DNA of 64,000 bases from Planctomyces sp. SH-PL62 (lineage in GTDB: Bacteria; Planctomycetota; Planctomycetia; Planctomycetales; Planctomycetaceae). Under the pieces are notes generated by a model. It was not told the origin of the DNA. It made no database searches and saw nothing but the letters and a program-made list of their open reading frames with translations. Every line of letters begins with the position of its first letter. Within the stretch, counting starts at the first letter, position 1. The position numbers and the translations under genes are program-made. The DNA lies in NCBI GenBank assembly GCA_945905295.1, contig CAMDPX010000006.1, positions 22 through 64,021 on the forward strand. The letters are read 5' to 3'. Below are positions 55,281-64,000 of this stretch, one piece after another.

Positions 55281-58200
55281 TCAGCGTTCGCCGCTGACAA
55301 ATTTCGCATACGCAGCGGCTCCCCATTGGCGGAACAGTTCCGCCGCTCGATTCCGGTACGAGACGGCTTGCGCACTTGATCCTGTCGGATCGCTCGCCGC
55401 AGCGGCCAAGTCGTTGGCCATCGCTTCGATCTGTAAGTAGCCGAATTGCGAGGCCGCTTTCATCGCCGCTTCGTACCCGGCCAGAGCGGCGTCGCGCGAG
55501 CCGCTCAGCCTCGCGAGTTCCGCGGCGAGCAACCGCTCTTTGTGCGCGAAGTTGTGCGGACAGCGGGACGCCCACTTCGCCAATTTCTTCTGAGTCGATC
55601 GGACCGCCGCGACGTGACCGCGGCGTGCGAAGCCGGTCGCACGAGTGGTCAGTGCCGCCCGAATCAATCCCGTGAGAAAATGATGCTCAGCCGAATGCAA
55701 CATGCCGGGCGATTCCTTGAGGTACTTCGCCGACGCCTGCGACGTCACCCAGGCCGCGTCGTATTCGCGCCACAGATACTGCGTCAGCATCTTGTTGACG
55801 AAATAATAGTGCGTGAAATGCCGCGATCCGAACTGCGACAGCTTCGCGACGTAGGCGGCTTCATCAAACGTGCCGTCGCTGAACGTGTCGCGGCCGCGTG
55901 TCTCGCCGCGCAGATTGCGAATCGTCTGTCGCACCGATTCGATCGCGGCAATCGGCTCGCGCAAGCTGAGTGGTTTCAGAAACGCGAGGAACTCATCGGA
56001 CTTCGCGAGGATCTCTGGAAACGGCACGCCGCGCATCAGCAGGCTTTGCGTCGTCCCCGCGCACGAGCAGCCGGTGTGAAACAAGTCGCCGGTGGCTCGG
56101 CCCGATTCATACGTCGTGCGCCACAACGACTCGGCTTCGGTCGCTGGACGCATCCAACTGGTGCCGAAGTAGCCGACGACGAAACTGACTTCAGGCCGTT
56201 GCCGTTCCTGCTGGTACTGATCCACCAACGACAGCGCGAACCGGCCATAGTCATCGCCGAGCGGATGATTGCCCATCACGCCCCCTTGGAAGATCGCTCC
56301 GAAAACCATCCAGGCGATTGCGCAGTCAGGCGTGTTGCCGTGCTTCAGACATTCGTTGACGATCTTCGTCGAGACGGCAACGCAGAGTTCGGGACGGACC
56401 TGATACGCGGCCTTCGCGCACGCATTCGTCAATCGCACGGCGGTTGCCAGCCGAGCGTCTTTCATCAACGGCAAATTGAGCAGTTCGGCAGCCGGACGTT
56501 TGCCGATGCGGAACTTGGCCTTGATGAAGTCGATGATGAACAGCGGCGGAATAAAACCCTTCGGCAGCGACAAGCCGAAGAGCGCCACCGCCTCGCGGCC
56601 GACGGCATACGCATCCGCGAAGCGAGCCATATCGGTCAGGAAGTGAATCAGCTTCTCGTAAGCATCGGCCTTGTCGTTGTCCGACTGAGCCAACCGGACC
56701 GCGCTGCGATAAAAGTCTTCGGCCCGATCGAAGGCGAGCACCTGCACTGCCTGCTCGCCCGCCTTCACGTAGTAGCGACCGGCCTTCACGAATTGATCGG
56801 AGCCTTCCAAATGCAGCGCGATGTCTTCGGGCTTCGCTTCGTCGGTCGATTCCAGCGACGCCGCGAGTCCGGCGTGATGCGTCTTCCGCGTCTCCTTCGC
56901 CAAATGATTGACGACCGATTCGCGAATGCGATCGTGAAACGCTTCGACCTCGGCCTGCATTCCGGGACCGCTGGATCGAATCAGGTGATCGACTCGTAGC
57001 ATCGTCGTCAGTCGCGGCGAGACCTGCTGCAACTGAGCCGCTTCGAGAATGTTCTTCAATCGGGTCGGATGCCCGGCCACCGCAACGACGTGCAAGAATC
57101 GCTGAGCCTCTTCCGACAACCGACCGACTCGCGCCCACAGCACATCATCGAGTCCCGTGCCGCCAATCGCGGACAGATCGAGTCCCGCGTTCAAGTGCCG
57201 AGCCAACTCGTAAACGAAATACGCGCTGCCGCCCGATTGCTCGACGATGCGATCGGCGTTGGCTTCGACGTTCGGGAGGTCGTCGCGTAGCAATCGCCGC
57301 GCGAGCGTGCGTGTCTCGGCGGACGTGAGCGCTTCGACTTTCAATTCGCGCCACGAAGCGGAGTAGGTTGGGACTCCGTCCCGACCCTGCGACTGGTCGG
57401 GACGGAGTCCCAACCTACTTTCGCTGCTTTCCGCCGCCGTCAGCGCTTTCAGGCAGTCGCTGACGCCGATGTACTCACTGCGATACGCCAACAGCAGCAG
57501 CAATCGCGGAGGCTCGGCCGAGGTCAACAAGTCGGTCAGCAGCGCCGCGCTGTCGGTGTCTCCCCACTGCAAGTCATCCAGATAGACCACCAGCCGCTTC
57601 CGCTTTCCGATGCGTGACAACAGCTCGCGAAAGGCTTGGAACGCATCGCGCCGTAGTTCTCGCAAGTCGCTCGAAACCGCCTGCTCGCGGCAGAGCTTTT
57701 CGATCAGCTTCACTCGCTTGAGCACCGGAAAAATCCGCGCGAGCGCCGCGACGTTCTTCGGCAAGAGATCTGCCGCCGGAGTCGTAGGCTGACGCAGATA
57801 CTGAGTCACCGCGTCGATCAGCGAGTCGATCCCTTTGTACGGCACCGATTCTTGTTCGTAACAGCGGCCGGTCAGGACGACGGTGTTTTGACGATGCGAC
57901 AGATCATCCAGAAAGTGTTGAATCAACGTGCTCTTGCCGGCCCCCGACCGGCCATGCACGCGACAGACGATGGTGCGGCTGGCAACCGTTTCCTCGAACG
58001 TTTGATTCAATTCTTCGAGATGCCGTTCGCGTCCGATGAAGGGCATCGACGTCGGAGCGAACGAGTCTTCCTCACCCGCGCTCGTCTCGTCCGAAGCAAA
58101 CGCCGCGACAATTTCGGAACCGTGCGGCCGCTTGGCTGGATCACGCTGCAGCAACTTCACGCACAGAGCGTTCAAGTCGTCGGGCACTCCAATCACAATG

Positions 58201-59522
58201 TCGGCGGGCGGGGGCGCGTCTTGAGTCTGCTTACGTTGCAGAATCTGCGAAGCCTTGCCGAGGATCGGCAGGCGTCCGGTGATCGCCTGGAAGAGCATTA
58301 CTCCGACGGCATACCAGTCACTGGCTTCGGTCAATTCGCGGCCGGCGGCTTGTTCCGGAGCCATGAAGCCGATCGTGCCGGCGATCTCATGAGTCCCCGC
58401 GGAACGAGAAGACGCTCCGTCCGTCGCCGACACCTTCGGTCGCGACAATTCCGCGACGAGTCCGAAATCGAGCAACACGACCGTCCCCGTTTTTCGCGAG
58501 ACCAAGGCGTTGGCTGGCTTCAGATCGCGATGCAGCTTGCCGCTTTGATGCAACGCTCGCACCCCCGCGCACAACTGTCGAAAGACAGACCTCAGCCGCG
58601 TGAAGTCTGCCACCTTCGCGGCCGTTCGTTCCGGAGGAGCCGCCGCGGATTCCACCTCACCGCCACCTGACGAAGCAAACGGGCCGATGATCGTCTGCTC
58701 GCTCGTGTGGTCGACTCCAATGATCGTGCGCTCGTTCGCCGCCGTCGCCGAGCCCGGCTCAACGCTCGGCTCCATCACCGTGGGTTCGCTCAACCCGGCA
58801 TCCGCCTCAGAAACGGAGTTGATGATGGTTGGCTCGATATCCGGCTGCGTCAATTCGTCGGCGTCGATTGGATTCGATTCAACGGAGAATCGCGAATTTT
58901 TATTCGCGAGAACTTGCGTGGGCGCATCGGCCGCGCTGCCGTCAATCGGATCCATCTGCGTTTCGAGAACGGCCTGTTCCCGCACGACCTCGCTGACTTT
59001 CGCGGCGGGAACATTCACCGTTTCGTGTTCGACGGCGGCTTTCGTAACCATCTGCAATTGAGCGTTCGGCCGATCAACCGTCTCGCCAAAATCCGCGTCG
59101 GACGGCGCGATCTGCCGAGCCATCGTCTCGGCCAGCGCTGGATCGGAGGTGATCGTCGGCTCAACCAAGGCGACGGTTGGCGCTTCGCGCGCGTACTCCA
59201 AGAAATCGGCTGCGTCCTCGATCAACTCCATCACGAAGAACCACTGCTCGCCGTCCGAGATCAATTCGTAAAGCGGCACGAGATTCGGATGCGACAGTTC
59301 GGTGAGCGCCCGGAACTCTTGCTTGAACAGGAAGACGGCTGAGGGATCGATATTCTTGAGCGTCTTCAGCGCCAGCCGATTGCCGCTCTCGCGATCAATC
59401 GCCTCATAAACAACGCCCATGCCTCCCGCGCCGAGCTTGCGGACGATTTGGAAACGTTCGGTCCCCGTGAAGAGTTCATCCGCGATCGGAGGCGTTGCTG
59501 GCATGCTGCGACTCGTTGACAT
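55281..59522 (-). CDS. Ser/Thr protein kinase fused to an AAA/STAND-type ATPase and a long helical-repeat C-terminal region
   Basis: - Kinase: LGAGGMGVVYEA, ALK, HRDLKPAN, DFGL, and APE-like FMAPE.
- P-loop: VHGRSGAGKSTL. Walker B: LVVYLDDLQWGD.
- An about 190-aa acidic insert lies between kinase subdomains V and VI. Confidence 0.85.
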   Translation of the reverse strand: MSTSRSMPATPPIADELFTGTERFQIVRKLGAGGMGVVYEAIDRESGNRLALKTLKNIDPSAVFLFKQEFRALTELSHPNLVPLYELISDGEQWFFVMELIEDAADFLEYAREAPTVALVEPTITSDPALAETMARQIAPSDADFGETVDRPNAQLQMVTKAAVEHETVNVPAAKVSEVVREQAVLETQMDPIDGSAADAPTQVLANKNSRFSVESNPIDADELTQPDIEPTIINSVSEADAGLSEPTVMEPSVEPGSATAANERTIIGVDHTSEQTIIGPFASSGGGEVESAAAPPERTAAKVADFTRLRSVFRQLCAGVRALHQSGKLHRDLKPANALVSRKTGTVVLLDFGLVAELSRPKVSATDGASSRSAGTHEIAGTIGFMAPEQAAGRELTEASDWYAVGVMLFQAITGRLPILGKASQILQRKQTQDAPPPADIVIGVPDDLNALCVKLLQRDPAKRPHGSEIVAAFASDETSAGEEDSFAPTSMPFIGRERHLEELNQTFEETVASRTIVCRVHGRSGAGKSTLIQHFLDDLSHRQNTVVLTGRCYEQESVPYKGIDSLIDAVTQYLRQPTTPAADLLPKNVAALARIFPVLKRVKLIEKLCREQAVSSDLRELRRDAFQAFRELLSRIGKRKRLVVYLDDLQWGDTDSAALLTDLLTSAEPPRLLLLLAYRSEYIGVSDCLKALTAAESSESRLGLRPDQSQGRDGVPTYSASWRELKVEALTSAETRTLARRLLRDDLPNVEANADRIVEQSGGSAYFVYELARHLNAGLDLSAIGGTGLDDVLWARVGRLSEEAQRFLHVVAVAGHPTRLKNILEAAQLQQVSPRLTTMLRVDHLIRSSGPGMQAEVEAFHDRIRESVVNHLAKETRKTHHAGLAASLESTDEAKPEDIALHLEGSDQFVKAGRYYVKAGEQAVQVLAFDRAEDFYRSAVRLAQSDNDKADAYEKLIHFLTDMARFADAYAVGREAVALFGLSLPKGFIPPLFIIDFIKAKFRIGKRPAAELLNLPLMKDARLATAVRLTNACAKAAYQVRPELCVAVSTKIVNECLKHGNTPDCAIAWMVFGAIFQGGVMGNHPLGDDYGRFALSLVDQYQQERQRPEVSFVVGYFGTSWMRPATEAESLWRTTYESGRATGDLFHTGCSCAGTTQSLLMRGVPFPEILAKSDEFLAFLKPLSLREPIAAIESVRQTIRNLRGETRGRDTFSDGTFDEAAYVAKLSQFGSRHFTHYYFVNKMLTQYLWREYDAAWVTSQASAKYLKESPGMLHSAEHHFLTGLIRAALTTRATGFARRGHVAAVRSTQKKLAKWASRCPHNFAHKERLLAAELARLSGSRDAALAGYEAAMKAASQFGYLQIEAMANDLAAAASDPTGSSAQAVSYRNRAAELFRQWGAAAYAKFVSGER
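57363..57418. repeat. intragenic REP family A element inside the kinase/ATPase CDS
   Basis: Perfect 24-nt arms GTAGGTTGGGACTCCGTCCCGACC / GGTCGGGACGGAGTCCCAACCTAC. Translated in frame as ...[20 protein letters not shown]... Confidence 0.9.
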
Positions 59523-59581
59523 GATGATCGATGTGGATGCCGGACATCGTAATCGTCACGTCCGCAGAAGCCAGCAAAGCC

Positions 59582-59698
59582 GTAGCTTGACTCTCCGAGT
59601 CGATCATTCTCCGAGTCGAGCACTCTCCGAAAAGTCCCGACTCTCCGAGTCGGGCCGCTGCCGTGAATCGCTCGACCCGACTCAGAGAGTCGGGCTAC
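59582..59698. repeat. composite REP family B element
   Basis: GTAGCTTGACTCTCCGAGTCG ... several CTCTCCGAGTCG(G) units ... CCCGACTCAGAGAGTCGGGCTAC, in the divergent spacer between the kinase and thioredoxin genes. Confidence 0.8.
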
Positions 59699-59917
59699 GG
59701 CCATCGCGCTGCCAAGTTTGCCCACTCTCACCAACTGGCCGCGCACGCCGAGCGGCGTGGGCATCTTCGGCAGAACCGGCAGAGCCGTTTTGATTTTCTC
59801 GACGCTCAACGTCGATAGAACCAGAAGTGGGGTACCCGCGTAGGACAAGCTGTTCAGGACGAACGGCCAGAGATGCCGGACGACGCTCGTCGGACGGTTT
59901 CTGGGTGAGGTGAGAAG

Positions 59918-60850
59918 ATGCGACGCAATCAAATTCTATGGTGCTCGGCCGCTGTGGCCGGCGTGATGATGTTGGTCAGCTTGACGGCGATCGGCGCGAA
60001 CAAGCCGGATGTCTGGAAGCACGACTTCACAGACGCCGCCAAGGAAGCCAAGCAAGCGGCTCGACCGCTGCTGATCCACTTTGGTGCCACCTGGTGCCCA
60101 CCTTGCCGCCAAATGGAAAAGGATGTCTTGCACCATGCCGATGTGCGTGACGTTCTGTCTCGACAGTTCGTGGCGGTGATGATCGACAGCGACCAGCATC
60201 CGGATCTGATCAGTCAGTTCGAGATCAAGAGCTTGCCGACCGATGTGATCGTCGCACCCGATGGAGTGGTCGTGTTGAAGGCGGAAGGTGGACGCGATCG
60301 GAAGACGTACCTCGCACAGCTACGACACGTCCTCGAACAATTCGCTCCGCAACCAGAGACTCCCTCGGAACGTGTCCAGGACGAGCGGATTGCTCAAGAC
60401 AGCGCTGCCGGAACTGCTCGCGTCAGCGAACCAAGCCGCGAACCGGTTCGTGAAGACAAGCCTGCCACAGAAGTCAAACTGCTCGTCGGTCTCGACCGTT
60501 ACAGCCCCGTATCACTGGCGAAGAATCGCCAATGGCGCAAGGGCAAAACGGACCTCGCGCTCGTCTATCAGGGAGTCGTTTACCTTCTGTGCGATGCCGA
60601 GGAATATCGCGAGTTTCAAGCGGACCCGGCCAAATACGCGCCGCGCCTGCTCGGCTGCGATCCGGTCGTTCTCTGGAATTCCGACCGCGCCATTCCCGGC
60701 AGCACGCAGTTCGGAGCGTACTTCGACGGTGAACTGTTCTTGTTCGCCTCGCCCGAAAACCGCGACCGCTTCAAATCCAGCCCGACGCTTTACACGAGAC
60801 CGCAACATGTGCTGAGGGTCGATCAAGTCGATGGGCCGCGATGGCGATGA
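59918..60850 (+). CDS. secreted thioredoxin-fold protein with two C-terminal YHS-like repeats
   Basis: Signal or anchor segment ILWCSAAVAGVMMLVSLTAIG. LLIHFGATWCPPCRQMEKD (WCPPC active site). C-terminal VVYLLCDAEEYREFQADPAKYAP and ELFLFASPENRDRFKSSP. Confidence 0.75.
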   Translation: MRRNQILWCSAAVAGVMMLVSLTAIGANKPDVWKHDFTDAAKEAKQAARPLLIHFGATWCPPCRQMEKDVLHHADVRDVLSRQFVAVMIDSDQHPDLISQFEIKSLPTDVIVAPDGVVVLKAEGGRDRKTYLAQLRHVLEQFAPQPETPSERVQDERIAQDSAAGTARVSEPSREPVREDKPATEVKLLVGLDRYSPVSLAKNRQWRKGKTDLALVYQGVVYLLCDAEEYREFQADPAKYAPRLLGCDPVVLWNSDRAIPGSTQFGAYFDGELFLFASPENRDRFKSSPTLYTRPQHVLRVDQVDGPRWR

Positions 60851-61020
60851 ACGTTCCCCAGAAACCTCTGCATCCCACCTCAGTGGTTCCGCAAACTGAT
60901 TGCTGAACGGTGAATTGCCCATCGCGCCGCGAGAAACACCTCGCTTGGCGTTTCCTCAAAACGCCCGCTATTATCCGCCCCCTTCGCCAGCCGTCACGAA
61001 TGCTGGCTCATCTTGACTTC

Positions 61021-61107
61021 GGAGAGGTGACAGAGCGGCCGATCGTGCTGGTCTCGAAAACCAGTGTACCCGCAAGGGTACCGAGGGTTCGAATCCCTCC
61101 CTCTCCG
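61021..61107 (+). tRNA. tRNA-Ser (anticodon CGA)
   Basis: Acceptor stem GGAGAGG/CCTCTCC plus discriminator G. Anticodon stem CTGGT/ACCAG with loop CTCGAAA. Long variable arm GTACCCGCAAGGGTAC. T-arm GAGGGTTCGAATCCCTC. Confidence 0.9.
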
Positions 61108-61125
61108 CTTAAAAGTTTTGCTGCT

Positions 61126-61165
61126 CGCCGCACTTGATTGAGGGTCAATCAGTTGCGGCGTTTTT
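61126..61165 (+). terminator. rho-independent terminator after the tRNA
   Basis: Hairpin CGCCGCACTTGATTGA-GGG-TCAATCAGTTGCGGCG followed by TTTTT. Confidence 0.7.
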
Positions 61166-61228
61166 CTTGCTCTGAAAGACCGGCCTTGGTGCACGATTGG
61201 TGCACATCATGTGCGCTGGAGGTCTTTC

Positions 61229-62581
61229 ATGCGACAGCGAAAATCGCGTCGCGATCGTGCCCGGTTTCGTGTGGGGCGCGTGTCGGTTTATCTGCACCAC
61301 GGGGCGTGGTGGTTGTACTTTCGCGAGAGTGATCGGCCGGTGCGGCGGCGAGTGGCAGAGACTCGTGAAGCGGCGGAGCGGATTGCGGCCGAGGTGAATG
61401 CTCAGTTTTCGGCGGCGACTTCGACGATGTTCGCCTTCACGCCGTTGACCATCGGTGCTTTGCGTGAGGAATTCTTGCGATATCACGAGCAGGTCCGCAG
61501 GTCGTCGGTGGCGACAATTCGGCGATACCGAACCGCGACCGAGCATTTGGTGGACTACGTCGCGACTCTGAAGAGCGAAGTCCAGGTCCACCAACTCCCG
61601 GTCGCGGGGTTCGTCGGATTTTTGCGTACGCGTGAAGTTGCTCCAAACGGCCATGCCAATTCAAAGCGGCGACGGCTGCGAGACAAGGGAGTCCAGTTCG
61701 TCTTGGAGACATGCCGGTCGCTTTATGCCTATGCGGCGAGGTCACGGCACCTGCCGCCCTACTTTGGGAATCCTTTCGGCGATCTGCAACTGGACCGGAT
61801 GCGGATCGAGGATTCGAAGGCCATCTTCCTCTTTGATGCCGACTCGGAGTTGAAATTCCTTCGTGCCGCACAAGGGACAGAGCGGTGGTTGCACTTCATC
61901 CTGGCCAAGTCGGGAATGCGATCCGGCGAGTTGTGCCATTCGCTGATCGAAGATCTCGACTTGGCAGGCGGCTGGCTACATGTACGGAACAAGGTCGATT
62001 TGGGCTGGCAGATCAAGACTCGCAGCGAGTGATCCATCCCGTTGATTCCGGAAGTCGTCGCGGTCTTACGTCGTGTCATTGGTGACCGTACCGCCGGTCC
62101 TGTTTTTCCACGTCTGAAGTTCGAAGTTGCGAAGTCAGCACTGGCGAACCGGAATCTCCAGCAGATGGCGAAGGCGGTGGAGCACCGAGTGACGCAGGCC
62201 ACAGCGGCATCGTCACAGGAGTTGTCTCGCCAAGAACGATTGAGGATCACGAAAACGGTCTGGCGCGACGCTGGGGCACTTGATCCCGATCACGTCCGCA
62301 AGTCGTTCATCAAGGTGGCGGCCCATGCCGAATTGCTCGGTGCGACTTGCCCGAAGAGTTGGCGGCACTCGTTCGCGACGCTGCTTCAAGATTGCAACAT
62401 CGACCCGTTGATCAGGCAGATCACGCTGGGGCACCAACCGGCCGGAGGCAAAGGGGCGTTGGGCATGACCTCGATCTATTCGCATTCGCGTCCCGAGACC
62501 CAGGCTCGGGAGATTAACCGCGCGTTACGGACCTGGCCCGCGTCATTGGACTTCGTGACTCAGCAATTACAAGGAAGTTAG
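61229..62581 (+). pseudogene. tyrosine recombinase/integrase interrupted by a single in-frame TGA (62030..62032)
   Basis: ORFs 61211..62032 and 62042..62581 are in the same frame: ...WQIKTRSE*SIPLIPEVV... Arg (GMRSGEL), WRHSFAT, LGH and the Tyr region (TSIYSHS) are all present across the two halves. Lies 3' of a tRNA gene. Confidence 0.8.
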
Positions 62582-62604
62582 CCATATTCAACTCCAAGAA
62601 GAAA

Positions 62605-63240
62605 ATGATTCCCAAGAATCCTGACGGCGTTTTGTATGTGTTGCTGATTGGGAGAATTTCAACTCCGCACCAGAACATTGAGAATATCGATGCGTCGTTC
62701 GTGCCGCTCAGGAAAATGATCGCAGATCTGTACGACGGCGAGATTCAGATCAAGCAACTCGGCGAGCGTGGCAGCGGGATGGATCCCATGCGTCAATCGA
62801 TCCGTGAGGCCGAGGATGAGATCGACGAAGGGATCGTCGATCTCGTCATCATGGAAGATTTGTCGCGAGCACACCGCAATTTGGCGTACTTGACCGGCTT
62901 CGTGTTCAACGCGGTCGATCACGAGACGCGAGTCATCGCGCCAGGTGATAGCTTCGACACCGAGGACGAAAACTGGGAAGCGATGTTGTCCGTCGCCGCC
63001 TCGCGTCATGGGATGACCGTTCCGGAAGCTCGTCGGAGGGTTAATCGGACGTCGGATTTTGCGTTCTTCCAGGGTGGCATGGTTCAAAAAATCCTTCCTG
63101 GCTACATCAAACTCACAAAGGATCAAGCCAACAGCGGACAGTTTGGCCCCAAAGGTCTTCGGATCGCCAAGGTCTCCGAATACACGCCGATCATCATGGA
63201 GATGAAACGTCGCACGGAGCGTGGCGACTCGTATCCGATG
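62605..63240 (+). pseudogene. serine recombinase (resolvase-type catalytic domain), C-terminally truncated
   Basis: VLLIGRISTPHQ (catalytic Ser context) and VIMEDLSRAHRNL. Protein-like sequence stops around 63240, after which the frame reads as junk overlapping the PIN fragment. Confidence 0.65.
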
Positions 63241-63242
63241 AC

Positions 63243-63584
63243 GTGTTGTTTTCGGAAAAGTTCACCTTCTTGTCGTCTCAGCACACGCTCTTTGAAGTCG
63301 AGAAGTATTTGCCACACGTCGCGAAAAGGATTCGACGTGACGAGACAGACTTGTGGCGCGAATTCCAACTTCTGCCAATCATCGCCGTTCAGCCGCGCGA
63401 GTACGATTCCGAGCTAACGCGAGCCACGGAATTGATTGGGCAACGCGATCCGAAAGACGTGCATGTGCTGGCGATGGCTCTGCACTTCAGCATTCCAATC
63501 TGGACCGAAGATCGAGATTTTGAAGGATTGCCAGACGTTACCGTCCACAAGACCGCAGACCTCATAACGCTGATGACTTCGTGA
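63243..63584 (+). pseudogene. PIN-domain toxin fragment lacking the N-terminal acidic motif
   Basis: ...QRDPKDVHVLAMALHFSIPIWTEDRDFEGL... matches the C-terminal two-thirds of PIN nucleases. No upstream (V)xDTN-type start. Confidence 0.55.
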
Positions 63585-63867
63585 CCTGCCGCTCGCCAGC
63601 CTGAAAGAAGCGGTCACCGCCGGCTACGACAACTTCGAGCACATCGAGCAGGACACGGAACTCACACCACTCCGCAAGTTGCCAGAGTTCCAAACGCTGC
63701 TCAAACAACACCCTGAGGTGCTCGGTGATTCACTGCGAATTGTGCTCGATGAGTTTCCGCCGATTGCATACGCCCCGTCGGCCAACATCTTGGTCAATCT
63801 GGTACGACGCTTCGCTTCATCACCAGAGAGCCGTCGCAGTTTGCTGACGTTGGGGAATCCTCGATAA
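63577..63867 (+). pseudogene. possible C-terminal remnant of a TPR-type protein
   Basis: The open frame reads ...LKEAVTAGYDNFEHIEQDTELTPLRKLPEFQTLLKQ..., a motif common at TPR protein C-termini. No N-terminal part and no ATG. Confidence 0.3.
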
Positions 63868-64000
63868 CGGTTGCAGCCCGGCATCGCCAAGTCGAAGGCA
63901 GAGACGACTTCAGAGACATCTCTCACTGTAGGGACCGCGGTCGTCTCCGCAGACCGAAGTGGTGAGCTGACGCGCGACAGGATGTATGGCCTTCATAGCT

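Noticed and set aside
1553-59698. Possibility that the abundant repeats represent a CRISPR array.
   Set aside because: The repeats are inverted, not direct. They occur as single hairpins scattered across spacers between genes, with no regular repeat-spacer periodicity and no cas genes.
62030-62032. TGA in the integrase read as selenocysteine.
   Set aside because: No SECIS-like hairpin is evident immediately downstream. Recombinases are not selenoproteins, and the position aligns with a basic residue rather than Cys.
61108-63999. Direct repeat of the tRNA-Ser 3' end (attR) marking the far edge of the island.
   Set aside because: I scanned the remaining 2.9 kb by eye and found no copy of GGTTCGAATCCCTCCCTCTCCG. 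The island boundary, if present, lies outside the window.

Overview
This is a GC-rich bacterial chromosome segment, about 62-68% GC in most genes by spot counts. Its gene content points to Planctomycetota, probably Pirellulales-like. It holds four paralogous pairs of a PSCyt1/DUF1549/DUF1553 giant secreted protein plus a DUF1501 protein, and one orphan DUF1501. All calls come from reading ORF translations and DNA by eye; no searches were run.

Content in order:
- A sensing cluster: globin-coupled histidine kinase, csrA, a double-receiver regulator and a hybrid kinase. It is followed by a secreted CXXCH protein and a TPCP-type P1B ATPase.
- DUF1553/DUF1501 pairs, interspersed with an esterase and a PQQ-like beta-propeller.
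- A ribose/fructose-type sugar ABC transporter operon, interrupted by aroE and a ParE-type toxin-antitoxin pair.
- A glycoside-hydrolase-like/isochorismatase fusion.
- A low-GC single-gene island encoding a 1557-aa protein with C11-like, CHAT and alpha/beta-hydrolase modules, convergent with an 812-aa HerA/FtsK-like ATPase.
- More DUF1553/DUF1501 genes.
- A low-GC two-gene cassette of unknown function (430-aa secreted CXXCH protein plus a 726-aa N/Q/T/Y-rich protein).
- A 1413-aa Ser/Thr-kinase/AAA/helical-repeat STAND-like protein and a thioredoxin-fold protein.
- tRNA-Ser(CGA), followed by a decayed low-GC integrative element: integrase with an in-frame TGA, a truncated serine recombinase and a PIN fragment.

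The most striking sequence-level signal is a dense population of near-perfect palindromic REP-like elements in several families, many with GTAG...CTAC termini. They occupy almost every intergenic spacer. At least four full copies and one half-site sit in frame inside otherwise intact coding sequences. No CRISPR array and no rRNA were seen.
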